This document shows positions 50,812 to 61,381 of a stretch of 64,000 nucleotides of DNA, one piece after another. The stretch comes from Limnothrix sp. BL-A-16 (GTDB taxonomy: Bacteria > Cyanobacteriota > Cyanobacteriia > CACIAM-69d). Position 1 is the stretch's first letter. Each line of letters begins with the position of its first letter. A model generated the notes under the pieces. It made no database searches, was not told the DNA's origin, and worked only from the letters and a program-made list of their open reading frames with translations. The position numbers were made by a program, and so were the translations under genes. The DNA lies in contig CP166615.1 in assembly GCA_041937175.2 (NCBI GenBank), forward strand, positions 1,248,001 to 1,312,000, given 5' to 3'.

Positions 50812-51138
50812 ATCCTTGTGGCTGCTGCGGTGCGTGATGCGGCGGAACGGGGAGGAGTTGGAAGATTGTACCGAGAGTTGGGGAGACGAAGACTCGTGAC
50901 TATCCTAGCGACCGAGAGGCCATCTTGCGAAGGTTTAGACAACCACCATCAGAATTTTGAGATCAGATTTTTGAAGTCAGAATCTTGAGGATGGTATTTG
51001 GGTCTGAGATTAGGATTGTCCCATGGGCTGGGTCTTGACCGATACCGCTCGCGACGCTTTTGGGAATTCAAGGGGAATTCCGGTAATCATGATGATTAAT
51101 GATCATGATCAATCAACGGGGAATGAGTCGAACTGGGA

Positions 51139-52023
51139 TTAACGGGCTGATCCTAAGCCGGCCTGGCGGCGCAACTGCTGAATTTCAGCGGCTGTCAGGT
51201 GTCGATGAGTGCCGATGGGCAGCTCTTGCCCCTGTTTTGATTTCAGGGTGAGCGAACCAATAGCAATACGGTGCAACTTTATCACCGGATGACCGAATAA
51301 TTCGGCCATGCGTCGAATTTGCCGATTTCGACCCTCTCTCAGAATGATTTCTAATTCCGTGCGATCGCCCTGGGGATGATCCTTGCGCCCTTGCACCTCG
51401 CGGACTTGGGCCGGCATTGTTGGCCGGCCATCCAAGAAGATGCCCTGTCGCCATTGCGCCAAAATATGGGCGCTGGGTTGGCCCTGCACCCACACGCGAT
51501 AGGTTTTGGGTTGGTGAAACCGGGGGTGGGTGAGGGCGTGGGTCAGTTCCCCATCGTTGGTTAACAGCAAGGCCCCGGTGGAATCCCAATCCAAGCGACC
51601 CACGGGGTGCAGTCCCGTTTGTTCAACAAGCGATCGGGGCAATAAATCCAATACGGTTCGCCGCTGCCGATCGTCTGCACAAGCCGACAGCACCCGGGCG
51701 GGCTTATTCAACAGTAGATAGATCAGTGCGGGGCGATCGACTGGACGAACGGGCCGACCATCCACCTCAATTTGATCCACCTCGGGATTGACCACACAGC
51801 CCAATTGCGCCACCTGGCCGTTGACCCGCACTCGCCCTTCCGTAATCCAAATTTCCGCATGGCGACGGGAGGCCAGTCCCCATTGGGCCAGCACCTTTTG
51901 CAACCGTTGCCCCACTGGAGGTGTGATGGCTTGAGGGGTAACCGTTACGGCTGGGGCGATCGGCTGGGTCAAGTCAGAGGCGGACGATCGGGCAGAGACA
52001 GGAGGACGGCGGCGGCGACTCAC
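51139..52023 (-). CDS. rRNA pseudouridine synthase, RsuA/RluB family
   Basis: RLQKVLA..GLASRR (S4 domain), HPVGRLD.DSTG.LLLTNDGEL and EGRNRQIRRM. GTG at 52023 overlaps the upstream stop (GTGA). Confidence 0.93.
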   Translation of the reverse strand: MSRRRRPPVSARSSASDLTQPIAPAVTVTPQAITPPVGQRLQKVLAQWGLASRRHAEIWITEGRVRVNGQVAQLGCVVNPEVDQIEVDGRPVRPVDRPALIYLLLNKPARVLSACADDRQRRTVLDLLPRSLVEQTGLHPVGRLDWDSTGALLLTNDGELTHALTHPRFHQPKTYRVWVQGQPSAHILAQWRQGIFLDGRPTMPAQVREVQGRKDHPQGDRTELEIILREGRNRQIRRMAELFGHPVIKLHRIAIGSLTLKSKQGQELPIGTHRHLTAAEIQQLRRQAGLGSAR

Positions 52024-52346
52024 GGGCGGACTGCTGGGGTTGGGGTCGGCGATGGGGTGGGCGATGGGGTCGGTTCGCAACCCATCGTATGGCCCCGCAG
52101 CCAATCCAGCGCCCCTTGAGGACTCGGAATGGTATTAGTTTCCAGGGTGGCGATCGTCCAAGGATCGTCGAATTTCTGCTGCGATCGCCCCAAGGAGACC
52201 CCAAACCAGCGCCCGGAAACCGTCGCCTGGGTGCAAGCTGTCGTTTGGGGAATTTTGGCCGTGGTGCTCGATCGCGGTAGCAACAGAAGCTGCAAGCCAA
52301 CCACGGTCATTAGGGTGGTGATCGCAAGGTTGAGATTGTTTCGCAT
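52020..52346 (-). CDS. Small putative exported protein
   Basis: Signal-like hydrophobic N-terminus, two Cys and a PTPS tail; GTGA coupling to the next gene. Confidence 0.5.
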   Translation of the reverse strand: MRNNLNLAITTLMTVVGLQLLLLPRSSTTAKIPQTTACTQATVSGRWFGVSLGRSQQKFDDPWTIATLETNTIPSPQGALDWLRGHTMGCEPTPSPTPSPTPTPAVRP

Positions 52347-52640
52347 GTCGATCGCACCTCAAAACGCAAGACTCCAACGCAGCCCAGCCACTGGGTAACC
52401 GTCGGTTAGCCTAAGGCCGCCAGATGTCAGGGGGTTGTCACTGGCATGTCAGACGGCGTTTTAATACTTTCAGCAGATTCTGATTTCCAGAAGATACAGG
52501 GATTGATTCGGTTCCCGTGCGATCGATTTAACAGGATGGTTGCGATCGAGATCGGTTGTGTCAGATGCGATCGATCGGGCCCCAACCGTCCACACCGGCC
52601 CAAGCCCCTATAATCTGAAAGCCAATCCTTCCGTTGAACC

Positions 52641-54251
52641 ATGGTCGTTGAATTCGCCGACTCCGCCAAACTGGCTGTGGAAGTTAACCGCCGCCGCAAC
52701 TTTGCCATCATTTCCCACCCGGATGCAGGGAAAACCACCCTCACTGAAAAGTTGCTCCTGTATGGCGGTGCAATTCACGAAGCCGGTTCCGTGCGGGCCC
52801 GTCGCGACCAGCGCCAAGCTACCTCAGACTGGATGGAACTGGAAAAGCAACGGGGCATTTCCATCACCTCCACAGTGTTGCAGTTTGAATATCGAGACTG
52901 CCAAATTAATTTGCTGGATACGCCCGGTCACCAAGACTTCAGCGAAGACACCTACCGCACCTTGGCCGCTGCGGATAATGCGGTGATGTTGATTGACGCG
53001 GCTAAAGGCTTGGAGCCACAAACACGCAAGCTGTTTGAGGTTTGCCGGTTGCGGAAATTGCCGATTTTTACCTTTGCCAACAAGCTCGATCGCCCCTCCC
53101 AAGAGCCGCTGAATCTATTAGATGAAATTGAAAAGGAACTGAAACTCGCCACCTATCCGGTGAATTGGCCGATCGGGACGGGCGATCGCTTCAAAGGAGT
53201 GTTCGATCGCCGCACCCGGAAAGTGCATCTGTTCCAGCGATCGCGCCATGGCAGCAAAATGGCCAACGAAACCACCCTGGACTTGGACGCGCCGGAACTG
53301 CTGGAACTGGTCGAACCGGACGTTTATCAAACCTTTAGGGATGAACTGGAACTGATTGAAGAAGTGGGTTCTGAGTTGGATCTCGAAGCGGTTTTGGCCG
53401 GCGAACTCACCCCCGTTTTCTTCGGCAGCGCCATGACCAATTTCGGGGTGCAACTGTTTCTCGATGCCTTCTTGGACTATGCCGCCAAGCCAGGCCCCCG
53501 CACCGCCCGCACGGGAGCCGTTGAACCAACCCATGAGCATTTTTCGGGCTTTGTCTTTAAGTTGCAGGCCAACATGGATCCGAAACACCGCGATCGGGTG
53601 GCCTTCGTGCGGGTTTGCTCCGGCAAATTCGAGAAAGACATGGTGGTGACCCATGCGCGATCGGGCAAGAGCTTACGATTGGCTCGGCCGCAAAAACTCT
53701 TTGCTCAGGATCGCGAATCCGTTGAAGAAGCCTACGCGGGCGATGTCATTGGCTTAAACAATCCTGGAGCCTTCTCGATCGGGGACACCATTTACATCGG
53801 CCCCAAAATTGAATACGAAGGCATTCCCTGTTTTTCACCGGAACTCTTTGCCTATTTGCGAAACCCTAACCCCTCTAAATTCAAACAATTTCAGAAGGGA
53901 ATTTCGGAACTTCGTGAAGAAGGAGCCGTCCAAATCATGTATTCCACCGACGAAGCCAAGCGCGATCCAATTTTGGCCGCCGTGGGGCAATTGCAGTTTG
54001 AAGTGGTGCAATTCCGCTTGCAAAGTGAATACGGTGTGGAATCACGGGTTGAGCTGTTGCCCTATTCCGTGGCCCGTTGGGTCACCGCCGGTTGGGATGA
54101 GCTGACCAAAGTGGGCCGGCTGTTTAATGCCATGACCGTCAAAGATATGTGGGATCGTCCCGTTTTGTTGTTCAAGAATGAGTGGAACTGTCAGCAGGTG
54201 GAGGGCGATCACCCCAGCTTGCAACTCCAGTCGATCGCACCCTTAACCTAA
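52641..54251 (+). CDS. prfC: Peptide chain release factor 3
   Basis: [34 protein letters not shown] and NKLD. Confidence 0.98.
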   Translation: MVVEFADSAKLAVEVNRRRNFAIISHPDAGKTTLTEKLLLYGGAIHEAGSVRARRDQRQATSDWMELEKQRGISITSTVLQFEYRDCQINLLDTPGHQDFSEDTYRTLAAADNAVMLIDAAKGLEPQTRKLFEVCRLRKLPIFTFANKLDRPSQEPLNLLDEIEKELKLATYPVNWPIGTGDRFKGVFDRRTRKVHLFQRSRHGSKMANETTLDLDAPELLELVEPDVYQTFRDELELIEEVGSELDLEAVLAGELTPVFFGSAMTNFGVQLFLDAFLDYAAKPGPRTARTGAVEPTHEHFSGFVFKLQANMDPKHRDRVAFVRVCSGKFEKDMVVTHARSGKSLRLARPQKLFAQDRESVEEAYAGDVIGLNNPGAFSIGDTIYIGPKIEYEGIPCFSPELFAYLRNPNPSKFKQFQKGISELREEGAVQIMYSTDEAKRDPILAAVGQLQFEVVQFRLQSEYGVESRVELLPYSVARWVTAGWDELTKVGRLFNAMTVKDMWDRPVLLFKNEWNCQQVEGDHPSLQLQSIAPLT

Positions 54252-54877
54252 TGACTTCACGATCTGCGACGTTTGGCTATTTTGGGGGCTGGTTTGACCA
54301 ACGCTTTGGGTCAGCCCCCCAAGCCCGCTACCCAACGTTTAAATCAGCGATCGGGCTGTTTTTGCAGCATTTGGGCGATCGACGGGATGGGGTGATTGTG
54401 GAAACCGGCACCCAGCGGCTACCCGATGATTGGGGGGCCGGTTGCTCAACCACCATTTTTGGCGAAACCCTGGAAACCTTTGATGGGGGTCGCCTGTGGA
54501 CGGTGGATCTGTCGCCGGACAATCTGACCACTTCCCAGCACTGCACCCAGCATGTGGCTCAGCGTATTGAGTATGTTTGCAGTGATTCAGTGACCTTCCT
54601 CAAACAGTTCGATCGCCCGATCGACTTGCTTTATCTGGATAGTTTGGATTGGTGGGATGATCCTCAAATTCAACAACAATCCCAGACCCATCAACTGGCA
54701 GAAATTGAAGCCGCCTGGGACAAATTACGGCAGGGCTGCATTATTTTGCTCGATGACAATGGGTTACCGGGCGGTGGCAAAGCAAAGCTCACCAAGGAAT
54801 TTTTAAGTCAACAGGGCTGGAGTTGCATCCTCGACTATCAACAGAGCCTTTGGATTTCTGAGAAAGTCATGTTCTAG
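54251..54877 (+). CDS. Class I SAM-dependent methyltransferase
   Basis: IVETGT, WTVDLS, SDSV.FL, IDLLYLDSLD and ILLDDN; ATG overlaps the prfC stop (TAATG). Confidence 0.85.
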   Translation: MTSRSATFGYFGGWFDQRFGSAPQARYPTFKSAIGLFLQHLGDRRDGVIVETGTQRLPDDWGAGCSTTIFGETLETFDGGRLWTVDLSPDNLTTSQHCTQHVAQRIEYVCSDSVTFLKQFDRPIDLLYLDSLDWWDDPQIQQQSQTHQLAEIEAAWDKLRQGCIILLDDNGLPGGGKAKLTKEFLSQQGWSCILDYQQSLWISEKVMF

Positions 54878-55035
54878 CGGAATATTCTAGACAATATTGC
54901 TGAAAAATCTTGATTCTTGACCTATCAGACGGAAATTGCACTGAAATCGAGACATTTAGGGTTAATTTGCGATCAATGTCCATTGAATTAGAATAATCGG
55001 CAATTCCTCCACCATCATCACCTTGGTTCTGCCCT

Positions 55036-55332
55036 GTGCCATACTCATCCACTCGATCGCGTGCGCTGTCTAAGCGGTCTCAGCCCTCCGAAGCTGACTA
55101 TGCAGACTACCTGGAACTGCCGCCAGAGGGGCCAGAGCTGGATTTGTTGCGAGCAGCCCGGGCCATCTATGAAGCCTATTGTGTGATTATGGTCGATCGC
55201 GCTCGGCGGCCCTATGGAATTGTGGTGAATCGGAATACCTTTCGAGGACGACCGATTTTTCAAGATCGAGTAATTCTTTTGCCGGACGAACGCTTCATTT
55301 CGATTCGGCAAATTGAATTGCAAATGTATTAG
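55036..55332 (+). CDS. Conserved cyanobacterial hypothetical protein
   Basis: AAR.IY..Y...RP.G.VV...T.RG..IF....ILLP.E.FI pattern. Confidence 0.7.
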   Translation: MPYSSTRSRALSKRSQPSEADYADYLELPPEGPELDLLRAARAIYEAYCVIMVDRARRPYGIVVNRNTFRGRPIFQDRVILLPDERFISIRQIELQMY

Positions 55333-55437
55333 ATCAATCAAGTTAAATCAATCAAAGATTGGAGCCGTCAGCGATCAGGCGATCGACGCGGCCGGCCAAT
55401 GCAATGGCAGAAAAGGCAATCAGGATCAACACAGTTA

Positions 55438-55568
55438 GAGGATGTCTGAAAAGCCAAAATCGATACTCTGCACGCCCCATCGATCAACGAAGACAAGGGG
55501 CTTAAGTCCCTTGCCCCCAAGACTATTGGTGCATTGCCCGTGCCAAAAGACACTTTTCAGACATCCTC
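55438..55568 (+). mobile_element. Family-1 MITE, 131 bp, with perfect ends
   Basis: Perfect 16-bp TIR GAGGATGTCTGAAAAG / CTTTTCAGACATCCTC. TTA duplicated at 55435-55437 and 55569-55571. Palindrome variant at 55494-55513. Confidence 0.92.
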
Positions 55569-57065
55569 TTAGACCTAAGAATATAGTCAGATTAATCCTT
55601 GAATCAAAATCAGGTCTGAATTAGAAAATTTGATCAAGGAGAAAGTAGGACAAAATCAGCAATTTCTGGAATTTCTTGGATCTGTCCTTTGAGCTTGACC
55701 TTTACAATATAAGAACCGCGCCGTTTTTCATCGCAATAACGTTAGGTTGCCTGTGTCTCCGTTGCCGTCATCACTGATTGCTAATCAAGCCGAGTCGATC
55801 CAGATTGAAACCCTGGAATTGTTGGAATGGCCGCGCCTTTGCCAGCATCTGGCAACCTTTACGGCCACCAAGCTGGGGGCGATCGTGGCGCGTCAATTGC
55901 CGATTCCGGGCGATCGCGCCACCAGTGAAACGCTGCTGGCCCAAACCCGCGAGGCCTGGGAGTTGGAACGCAGCGCCACGGGGGGCCTGAATTTTGGCGG
56001 GATTGCGGATATTGGCTCGGCGCTCGATCGGGCGACCCGGGGCGGCGTGTTGGCTGGCGAGGAATTGTTGGAGGTAGCGACGACCCTATCGGGGGCCCGC
56101 AACCTGCGGCGGGCGATCGACCAGCGGGAAGATTTGCCGGCCCTATCGGCCCTCGTCGAGGAGCTGCGAACCTATCCCGAACTGGAGCAGGAGATTCACT
56201 ACTGCATCGATGAGCGGGGCGATGTGACCGATCGGGCCAGCCCCAAGTTGGCAGAAGTGCGCGAAAAGCTGCGGGCCGGTCGCGACTGGATCTATCAAAA
56301 GCTGCACAACATCATGCAGCAGCATTCCAACGCGATTCAGGAACCGAACATTAGTCAACGGGGCGATCGGTTCGTGATTCCCGTGAAAGCCAGCCATAAG
56401 GACGTGATTCGCGGCATTGTCCACGACACCTCCTCCACGGGCGCGACTTTGTATGTGGAACCCCACACGATTACGGAGCAAAACAACCGCCTGCGCCAGT
56501 GGCAACGGCAAGAGGCGATCGAGTCAGAAATCGTCCGGCGCAAGCTCAGTGAACAAATCGCCGAAGTAGCCCCGGATCTGGAGCGACTGTTGGCGGTGGC
56601 GACGGAGCTGGACTTGGCCGCCGCCCGGGCCCGCTATTCCTTTTGGATTGAGGGCAATGCGCCGCGTTTTATTGAATCGGGCGAAACCTTGACCCTGCGA
56701 CAGTTGCGCCACCCGTTATTAATTTGGCAGCAGAAGCACGAACAGGGGCGGGACGTGATTCCGATCGATGTGCGCGTCGATCCGACAATTCGGGTGGTGG
56801 CGATTACAGGGCCAAACACGGGCGGCAAAACCGTCACCCTGAAAACCCTGGGCTTGGCAGCTCTGATGGCGAAGGCGGGGCTGTTTGTGCCTGCACGGGA
56901 GCCGGTGGAGTTGCCATGGTTTAGCCAGGTGTTGGCGGATATCGGGGATGAACAGTCGATCGAGCAGAACCTTTCAACCTTTTCGGGCCACATCCGCCGG
57001 ATCGTTCGTATCCTGGATGCCCTCCAACCCGATCGCCTCGGCCCCACCCCAGACCCATCGCCAGA

Positions 57066-57085
57066 CAAGGGGCTTAAGCCCCTTG
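57066..57085 (+). repeat. 20-bp palindrome inside the mutS2 coding sequence (reads DKGLKPL)
   Basis: AGA-CAAGGGGCTTAAGCCCCTTG-CCCC. Confidence 0.9.
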
Positions 57086-57154
57086 CCCCCGACGATGCAG
57101 CCACAAACGACGATTCGGACGATCCCAACAGTTTGGGTGTGATCGCCATCGAAA

Positions 57155-57254
57155 GGGCGCACGGCGGTGCGCCCCTACCCGAGGGTGATTTTGACGATGC
57201 CAATCATCCAGAATTCAACGAAACCGACACCGTAGGGGCGCAAGGCCTGCGCCC
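57155..57254. repeat. Inverted pair of GTAG-type REP-like hairpins
   Basis: Minus strand GTAG-GGGCGCA-CCGCCG-TGCGCCC (57178-57155); plus strand GTAG-GGGCGCA-AGGCC-TGCGCCC (57232-57254). Confidence 0.8.
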
Positions 57255-58451
57255 TCCGCCGATCGCCCCGCCACCACCAACAATCCACCCGAATCGTTGG
57301 TGTTGCTCGATGAGGTGGGCGCGGGAACCGACCCGGCCGAAGGGAGCGCCTTGGCCGCCGCCCTGCTGGAAACCCTGGCCGATCGCGCCCGCTTGACCGT
57401 GGCCACGACCCACTTTGGGGAACTGAAAACCCTGAAATATCGCGACAGCCGGTTCGAGAATGCCTCGGTGGAATTTGATGACCAAACCCTCAGCCCCACC
57501 TATCGGTTGCTGTGGGGAATTCCCGGGCGATCGAACGCCTTGAGCATCGCCCGGCGGTTGGGTCTGGATGAAGCGGTGGTGACGGCCGCGGGCGATCGGG
57601 TGGGCGGCCAATCGGAAGACATCAACCGGACGATCGCCGGCCTAGAAGCCGAGCGCCGCCGCCAGGAAGCCAAAGCCAATGAGGTGGCGCACCTGTTGCA
57701 GCGGGCAGAATTTTTGCACGAGCAGATCGATCGCAAGGCCCAAACCCTGAAGGAGCGCGAAGAACAGCTCAAACAAACTCAAGAAGCCGCCGTCCAAAAG
57801 GAAATCGATCGGGCGCGGGGCGAAATTGCCCAGGTGATCCGGCAGTTGCAGCGGGGCACGCCCACGGGCCAGCAAGCCCAGCAGGCCACGACCCAAGTGG
57901 GCGAAATTGCCCAACGATTCCTGCCATCTCAGCAGCCCAAACCGAAACCCAAGGGCTACAAACCCCAGGTGGGCGAACGGGTGCGCGTGCCCAAGCTCGG
58001 CGGCGCGGCGGAGGTGCTGGCGATCGATGAGGCCGACGAGGAAATCACGATTCGGATGGGGCTGATCAAAGCGACCCTCAGCTTTGCCGATGTGGAATCT
58101 CTTGACGGCAAAAAAATCGAGGTGCAAAAACCGGAGCCGAAACCCGCGCCCCCGCCGAAAGCGAAGGAGCGATCGATCCTCCGCACCAGCAGCAACACCC
58201 TAGATATTCGCGGGGCCCGGGTTGCCGACGCGGAAATCGAAGTGGAACAGGCGATCGATCGGGCGATTTCCGCCGACTTTGGTTGCCTCTGGATCTTGCA
58301 TGGCAAGGGAACCGGTAAACTGCGAGACGGCGTGCGTGCCCACCTCAAAACCCATCGATTGGTGGAGCGGTTTGAGGATGCCCCCCGCGAGGATGGCGGC
58401 ACGGGCGTGACGATCGCCTATTTGCATTAGGGTTCTGGCGAGGAGTGGTCT

Positions 58452-60329
58452 GTGTTGAATGCCGTTCGATCGAAGGGCTGGCCGTGGCTGGCGGTTTGGG
58501 TGCTGCCCGCGCTGCTGCTGGCGGCCTTGATGATGCGGTATGGCGTAAACCTGCCCACCTACGACCAGTGGGACACGCCAGGGGTGCTGTTCGTGAAGTT
58601 GGCGGAGCATCAGCCATTAACCTTCGCGGATTTTATTTCCCAACATAATGAAAGCCGTAAGGTGTTTCCCCGGCTGATTTTTTTGGGATTAGCCTATCTG
58701 ACGGGCTGGGATATTCGGGCAGAATTGGCGGTGATTTTTGCCCTGGTTTGTGGGGCGGCGGGGGCGATTTTTGCCCTGGGGCGATCGACCGTTTTAGATC
58801 GACGATTTCAGGCGATCGCCTTTGCCCTCGCTAGTTGCTTGCTCTTCAGTCCTTCGCAGTGGGAAAACTGGGTTTATAGCATTCAAATTGTGGTTTTTCT
58901 GCCGATTTTTTGCATCACCGCCAGTTTGTGGCTGGCGCAATCATCGCTGAAGTTTTGGCAGAAAATCGCGATCAATATTGTGTTGGCCACGGTCAGCACC
59001 TATTCCAGCGCGAGTGGGATGTTTTGCTGGTTTCTATCCTTTCCGGCGTTGTTTTTAAAGGATTGGATTGTTGGGTTGGGTCGGGGCGATCGCAGTCCAG
59101 CGGGGACGGTGCAACCCAGCCTGATCGTGGCAATAATGCAGGATTTAGGGCGATCGATTCAATCCCTGGGCACAACGGCCCGCCAATCCTGGATTGGGTT
59201 GGGGGTGTGGCTCGCGGCGATGGCGGCGAATTTGCTGCTCTATTTTTGGGATTATCATAAACCGCCCAGCCACCCGAGTTTTGTGGGGCCCCTGCAACAC
59301 CCGATCGAGGGGTTGAAATATTGGCTGGCCCTGATGGGGGCGATCCTGGGCTTTGATGATTTGGGGTTGAGTCAACTGCTGGGGGGCTTGGGTCTGCTGG
59401 GCTTTTTGGGGTTAGTAATATTGGCTTGGCGGGGCGATCGAGTGCGATCGTTTGAATGGGTAATTTTTGGGTGCTATGCGATCGGAACCGACGCGATCGT
59501 CACTCTGGGGCGGTTTGGGTTTGGGCCCGATTCTGCGCTGACTTCCCGTTACCAAACCTTTTCGCTGTACCTGTGGATCGCGATCGTTCATCTGTCAGCA
59601 ATTTTGCTGCCAAAGTTCACCCAAAATCGGCTACCAAAATCTTGGCGAAAAGGTCTAGTCATTTTTGGATTAACTCTATTTTTGGTGCTTCATTACGCCA
59701 GTTTTGCGATCGGGTCGCGAAATTTGGCGAACTTCAGCCGTGATCGCCATCAGGGCAAGGCTTGCTTAACGTTTATTGGTAGTTTTCAAGATGAACGCTG
59801 CTTTACAGAGTGGATTTATCCTGAGCTGAATGAGCATGTTTTAAAAACGATCGGGGACGTGAATCGCCTAGGTTTCATTCGGCCACCCCTAGCCCTGCCC
59901 ATGCCGATTAAAAGTGATTTGCAAATCATGGCTAAATCCCAGCCGATCGCCGGAAACTTCCAAACCTTGACGATCCAAAAAAATGATGATGTTTGGGAAT
60001 ATGTGGCCGGCGGCGAGCTGACCTTGGGTGGGGGCTGCCAACCCACACGATCGGTTTTGTTGGCTTACGAAAAAGACGGCTCAACGATTCCCTTCACAGC
60101 GGCCAAAGTGGGCAAAAACTATCGCGGTATGGGACAAATTATCGGTGATTTTGTTTGTCCTAATAATCGCTGGAGCAAGAGTTTTGAGCTAGAAAAATTG
60201 GTGTCTGATCCCCAAAAGCGGCTGGAGATTGAGCGATCGCCCAAAATTACCGCTTGGGCCTTCGACACCGATCGCGGCACGGTCTATCCCCTCGCCGGTT
60301 CCTATTCTTTCCCTCAAAAATCCTCATGA
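58452..60329 (+). CDS. Polytopic membrane protein, GT-C-like hypothetical
   Basis: [26 protein letters not shown] and SRY motifs; many transmembrane helices; AGGAG before the GTG start. Confidence 0.75.
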   Translation: MLNAVRSKGWPWLAVWVLPALLLAALMMRYGVNLPTYDQWDTPGVLFVKLAEHQPLTFADFISQHNESRKVFPRLIFLGLAYLTGWDIRAELAVIFALVCGAAGAIFALGRSTVLDRRFQAIAFALASCLLFSPSQWENWVYSIQIVVFLPIFCITASLWLAQSSLKFWQKIAINIVLATVSTYSSASGMFCWFLSFPALFLKDWIVGLGRGDRSPAGTVQPSLIVAIMQDLGRSIQSLGTTARQSWIGLGVWLAAMAANLLLYFWDYHKPPSHPSFVGPLQHPIEGLKYWLALMGAILGFDDLGLSQLLGGLGLLGFLGLVILAWRGDRVRSFEWVIFGCYAIGTDAIVTLGRFGFGPDSALTSRYQTFSLYLWIAIVHLSAILLPKFTQNRLPKSWRKGLVIFGLTLFLVLHYASFAIGSRNLANFSRDRHQGKACLTFIGSFQDERCFTEWIYPELNEHVLKTIGDVNRLGFIRPPLALPMPIKSDLQIMAKSQPIAGNFQTLTIQKNDDVWEYVAGGELTLGGGCQPTRSVLLAYEKDGSTIPFTAAKVGKNYRGMGQIIGDFVCPNNRWSKSFELEKLVSDPQKRLEIERSPKITAWAFDTDRGTVYPLAGSYSFPQKSS

Positions 60330-60763
60330 GCGAGCCAATCTATCGCAACCCCGCGCCGACGGTGGATCTGATCATTGAATTGGTCGATCGCCCCCACCGC
60401 CCGATCGTCCTGATTGAGCGCAAATATGACCCGCTGGGTTGGGCAATTCCCGGCGGCTTTGTGGACTATGGCGAATCGGTGGAGGACGCAGCCCGACGGG
60501 AAGCCCTCGAAGAAACCTGTTTGGCGGTGAAGTTAATCGAGCAATTTTATGTGTATTCCGACCCGCAGCGGGATGCGCGCAAACATACGATGAGCGTGGT
60601 GTTTATTGCGGCGGCCACGGGCGATCCGCAAGCGGCCGATGATGCGCGAAATTTCGCGATTTTTAATCCTTGGGAGCTACCTAAAAATCTTTGCTTTGAT
60701 CACGATCGCATCCTCGAAGACTACCTCCGTTACCGCTATTATGGACAACGACCTCGCCCCTAA
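60326..60763 (+). CDS. NUDIX hydrolase
   Basis: [23 protein letters not shown]udix box; ATGA overlap with the upstream gene. Confidence 0.93.
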   Translation: MSEPIYRNPAPTVDLIIELVDRPHRPIVLIERKYDPLGWAIPGGFVDYGESVEDAARREALEETCLAVKLIEQFYVYSDPQRDARKHTMSVVFIAAATGDPQAADDARNFAIFNPWELPKNLCFDHDRILEDYLRYRYYGQRPRP

Positions 60764-60804
60764 ATCGTTGTCTATGCTGTCAGTTTTCGCCACCGATAGT
60801 CATC

Positions 60805-60836
60805 CCAGACAAGGGGCTTAAGCCCTTTGTCTCTGG
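60805..60836 (+). repeat. Solo palindrome variant with an extended stem
   Basis: CCAGA-CAAGGGGCTTAAGCCCTTTG-TCTCTGG. Confidence 0.8.
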
Positions 60837-60907
60837 TGGATGATTGAGCCTTTTGCCTTTGACAATTTTGCTGATTTCTTGTTACTTGCACCACTCTGAA
60901 ACCGATC

Positions 60908-61297
60908 ATGTCTAAACAAGTGATTCAAACCGACAAAGCGCCTAACCCCGTTGGCCCATATAACCAAGCGATCGTGGCCAATGGAATGCTATTTGCCTCG
61001 GGTCAAATCTCCATTGATCCAGCCACCAATCAGCTCGTCCATGAAGGTGATGTGGCAGCCCAAACGGAACGAGTGATGCAAAATCTACAAGCAGTTTTAG
61101 AAGCTGGGGGAACCAGTTTTGCGAATGTGGTGAAAACCACGATTTTCTTGGCAAATATGGATGATTTTGCCACGGTGAATGGGGTTTATGCCAAATACTT
61201 TGATGAGGCAACGGCTCCGGCTCGCGCGACCGTGGAAGTGGCTCGTTTGCCCAAGAATGTCTTAGTAGAAATTGACTGCACTGCCATTGTTGACTAA
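60908..61297 (+). CDS. ridA: RidA/YjgF family enamine-imine deaminase
   Basis: AP.PVGPYNQA, ASGQI, VKTTIFL..M.DF..VN.VY and PAR.TVEVARLP...LVEID. Confidence 0.94.
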   Translation: MSKQVIQTDKAPNPVGPYNQAIVANGMLFASGQISIDPATNQLVHEGDVAAQTERVMQNLQAVLEAGGTSFANVVKTTIFLANMDDFATVNGVYAKYFDEATAPARATVEVARLPKNVLVEIDCTAIVD

Positions 61298-61381
61298 CGA
61301 TTCATGCCCGATCGAGCTGTGATTGACAGGGCAGTATTTCGCAGCCGATAAACCGGACGATCGAGCCGGCCCCCAGGTCAA

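Larger units (their letters stand above)
55747..58430 (+). pseudogene. mutS2: MutS2 split by a 1-nt frameshift inside a repeat-rich insert (real or an assembly error)
   Basis: ORF 55747-57396 has GPNTGGKT and LSTFSGH. Walker B (SLVLLDEVGAGTDP), KOW and Smr (HGKGTG) domains are in another frame from about 57261 to 58430. Confidence 0.88.

Noticed and set aside
57240..57300. Programmed -1 ribosomal frameshift in mutS2
   Set aside because: No X-XXY-YYZ slippery heptamer was seen at the shift, and a 1-nt loss in the REP hairpin explains it more simply
57297..58430. Independent 377-aa Smr-domain gene
   Set aside because: It begins at the Walker B motif of the MutS2 ATPase and is the second half of mutS2
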